Assembly: GCA_001002135.1 (NCBI GenBank)
Contig: LCLP01000002.1
Coordinates: 2,520 to 66,519 of the forward strand
Length of the DNA stretch: 64,000 bases
Direction: 5' to 3'
Source: Candidatus Pacebacteria bacterium GW2011_GWA1_46_10
Lineage (GTDB): Bacteria; Patescibacteriota; Microgenomatia; UBA1400; PJMF01
Position 1 is the stretch's first letter. Each line of letters opens with the position of its first letter. A program made the position numbers and the translations under genes. This document shows positions 61,716 through 64,000 of this stretch, piece by piece. The notes below the pieces were generated by a model. The model did not search any database. It had not been told where the DNA came from and saw only the letters and a program-made list of their open reading frames with translations.

Positions 61716-63635
61716 ATGACGAGCATGAGCCAACTGTTAACCGGCCTTAACAACCAACAGCGAACCGCTGTCCTTCATGAGAGTGGCCCGGCCGTCGTGC
61801 TGGCCGGAGCGGGCAGCGGCAAAACAAAAGTGCTCACCACGCGCGCCGCTTACCTTATCGAGCAAAAAAACATCCGGCCAACAGCCATTATGCTCGTCAC
61901 TTTTACGAATAAAGCCGCCGGCGAAATGAATAAGCGGGTGATGAAACTAACTGGTCAGAAACTTCATTACTCAGGGACGTTTCACAGTTTGTGCGCCAAG
62001 ATTTTGCGCCGCCACGCCCACTCAATTGGCTTAAGCCCTGATTTCACCATCTACGATAGCAGTGACCAGCAAGCCTTAATGAAACAACTGTACCGTCAGC
62101 ATCACTTCGATCCCAAAAAATATAAACCGCAGTTTATCCACGCGCTGATTTCACAAGCCAAAAATGAAATGCTGACTCCTCAAGAGTATGAAGGCTTGGC
62201 TCACGACGCCGTTCAGGAATTCGTCGCCAAAGTGTACCGACTTTACCAACAAGCCTTGCAAAAACAGCAAGCGCTGGATTTTGATGACTTGTTGCTGGAA
62301 ACCGTCCGGCTGTTTCGTGAAGACAAAGCTACCCTGACCACATACCAACAACAGCTTCAACACGTACTGGTTGACGAATACCAAGACACGAATAAAGCAC
62401 AATATTACCTCACCAAATTCTTAGCCGCGCCGCAAAACAACCTCTATGTAGTCGGCGATTTCTCCCAAAGCATTTATGCTTGGCGTGGGGCTGACTACCG
62501 CAACCTAATGAGGTTGAATCAAGATTTCCCAGATTTAAAAGAGTACCGACTCGAAAAAAATTATCGTTCCACCCAAATCATCTTAGACGCGGCCACCCAA
62601 GTCATTTCTCAAAACACCTCTCACCCAGTACTTGATCTTTGGACCGACAATATTACTCAAGAAAAAATCCAAATCATCGAAACCGCTGACGAAGAAACCG
62701 AGGCCGAAAAAATTGCTCAACTCATTCAAACGCAAGTTAGTCTTCACTATCACGACATCGCCATTTTATACCGCACCAACGCGCAGTCGCGACCGTTTGA
62801 AGAAGTGTTTGTCCGTCGGCAAATTCCGTATCAGATTATTGGTGGCATCAAGTTCTACGAACGAGCCGAAATCAAAGATCTTTTGGCATACCTGCGCTGG
62901 AGTGTCAATCCGGCCGATGAAGTCAGTCACGAGCGAGCCGAGAAAAACGGCAAACGGCGACTGCAAAAACTGACCGAGTGGCTCAAAGAACACGCCGACC
63001 AAATCACTGCCTCACCGCCGCTCGACTTACTGCAATACATTCTCAAGACTACTGACTATTTAAAGACTTTCAACGAAGATGACCCACAGGATCTCGCTCG
63101 TATCGAGAACATCCAGGAATTACTCAACACAGCTGCGCGTTTCACCAACGCACAGCAATTTTTGGAAAATGTGGCCCTGGTTCAAGATGGCTATCTGCAT
63201 GACCTAGCTGTCGGCGAGCGGCCAAACGCCGTGTCACTAATGAGCCTACACTCTGCCAAAGGGCTTGAATTTCCGATGGTCTGCATTGTTGGGGCTGAGG
63301 AGGGCTTGCTGCCGCACCAAAAATCACTCTGGGACAAAGCACAAATGGAAGAAGAACGGCGACTTTGTTACGTTGGCATCACCCGCGCCAAAGAGCGGTT
63401 AGTTATCACCTACGCCAGACGGCGCTGGAACTTTGGGCACGTTTCCCACAGCATCCGTAGTCGCTTTTTGTCAGAAATCGCTAAAGATTTAATCCAAGAA
63501 ATCGGCGTTACCAATCCATCCGTCTCCCAACCAATCGCCCGTTCGCAAGCAGCAATCAAAAGGGTCATTGATGATGACACTCTTGATGCTCTCCTTGATG
63601 GCCAAATCGATGCGAAACAATTTCTTGACTCATGA
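61716..63635 (+). CDS. pcrA: PcrA/UvrD helicase
   Basis: AGAGSGKT, TFTNKAA, VDEYQD, QSIY.WRGA, NYRS, H.AKGLEF, EERRL.YVGITRA; ATG 61725 also plausible. Confidence 0.95.
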   Translation: MTSMSQLLTGLNNQQRTAVLHESGPAVVLAGAGSGKTKVLTTRAAYLIEQKNIRPTAIMLVTFTNKAAGEMNKRVMKLTGQKLHYSGTFHSLCAKILRRHAHSIGLSPDFTIYDSSDQQALMKQLYRQHHFDPKKYKPQFIHALISQAKNEMLTPQEYEGLAHDAVQEFVAKVYRLYQQALQKQQALDFDDLLLETVRLFREDKATLTTYQQQLQHVLVDEYQDTNKAQYYLTKFLAAPQNNLYVVGDFSQSIYAWRGADYRNLMRLNQDFPDLKEYRLEKNYRSTQIILDAATQVISQNTSHPVLDLWTDNITQEKIQIIETADEETEAEKIAQLIQTQVSLHYHDIAILYRTNAQSRPFEEVFVRRQIPYQIIGGIKFYERAEIKDLLAYLRWSVNPADEVSHERAEKNGKRRLQKLTEWLKEHADQITASPPLDLLQYILKTTDYLKTFNEDDPQDLARIENIQELLNTAARFTNAQQFLENVALVQDGYLHDLAVGERPNAVSLMSLHSAKGLEFPMVCIVGAEEGLLPHQKSLWDKAQMEEERRLCYVGITRAKERLVITYARRRWNFGHVSHSIRSRFLSEIAKDLIQEIGVTNPSVSQPIARSQAAIKRVIDDDTLDALLDGQIDAKQFLDS

Positions 63636-63719
63636 AAAGTGAGAGAAATCACCGCGCTGACAGCATAAGTCACCGTTCCTCACTGACAACTCCAGGGAAT
63701 ACTTTTATAATCAATCAAT

Positions 63720-64000
63720 ATGCTGATCAGGGCAGTTAGAAATGAGGAGCGGGCAAAGTATGACTCAGTGGTCCAACACCCACTCCAATCCTGGGCTTGG
63801 GGAGAGTTTCGCAAACAAACCGGCGTGGCGGTGGAACGACTCGGCTTTTATGAGAACGGCCAACTCACCCAGGGTCTTCAAACCACTTTTCACCCCATCC
63901 CACTGCTGGGCAAAACCGCCGGCTATGTTCCCAAGGGTTTCGCCCCCAACGAAGATCAATTGGCCGCCCTTAAAACCCTAGGTGAACAACACCATGCTTT
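63720..64000 (+). CDS. FemABX-family peptidoglycan bridge transferase (5' part, runs off window)
   Basis: MLIRAVRNEERAKYDSVVQHPLQSWAWGEFRKQTG...GYVPKG; absent from ORF track because there is no stop. Confidence 0.85.
   Translation, partial: MLIRAVRNEERAKYDSVVQHPLQSWAWGEFRKQTGVAVERLGFYENGQLTQGLQTTFHPIPLLGKTAGYVPKGFAPNEDQLAALKTLGEQHHA

Noticed and set aside
50633-63673. Many short overlapping or antisense ORFs inside clpB, lon, DUF2298 and pcrA
   Set aside because: Alternate-frame shadows of well-supported genes, with no motifs of their own

Overview
Chromosomal segment of a Patescibacteria (CPR) bacterium, most like Microgenomates. This is inferred from 16S signatures, a 16S gene not linked to 23S, and the gene repertoire. 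It holds 8 tRNAs, RNase P RNA, a stand-alone 16S rRNA, uvrB/uvrA/uvrC, recQ, pcrA, clpB and lon (both behind CIRCE-like operators), murE/murC/uppP/femX, pyk, tpiA, adoK-ahcY, and several AT-rich orphan patches, often beside tRNAs. tRNA-maturation genes are unusually dense: tRNA-Cys-miaB-miaA-rnpB, yhhQ, mnmA. The top candidate system is a divergent pair of Elp3 and a methyltransferase matching Trm9/ALKBH8 motifs, followed by tRNA-Gln(UUG). This suggests a eukaryote/archaea-type mcm5(s2)U34 pathway in a bacterium. Other highlights: a 7TM + ATP-grasp ligase + DUF1704 (MATCAP-like) putative peptide-tag writer/eraser operon; tRNAs abutting start codons; pervasive leaderless-type promoters; a large protein with a RelE-like C-terminus; an NYN RNase behind a terminated leader; and two homopolymer frameshifts. 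All family calls come from motif recognition by eye; no searches were run.
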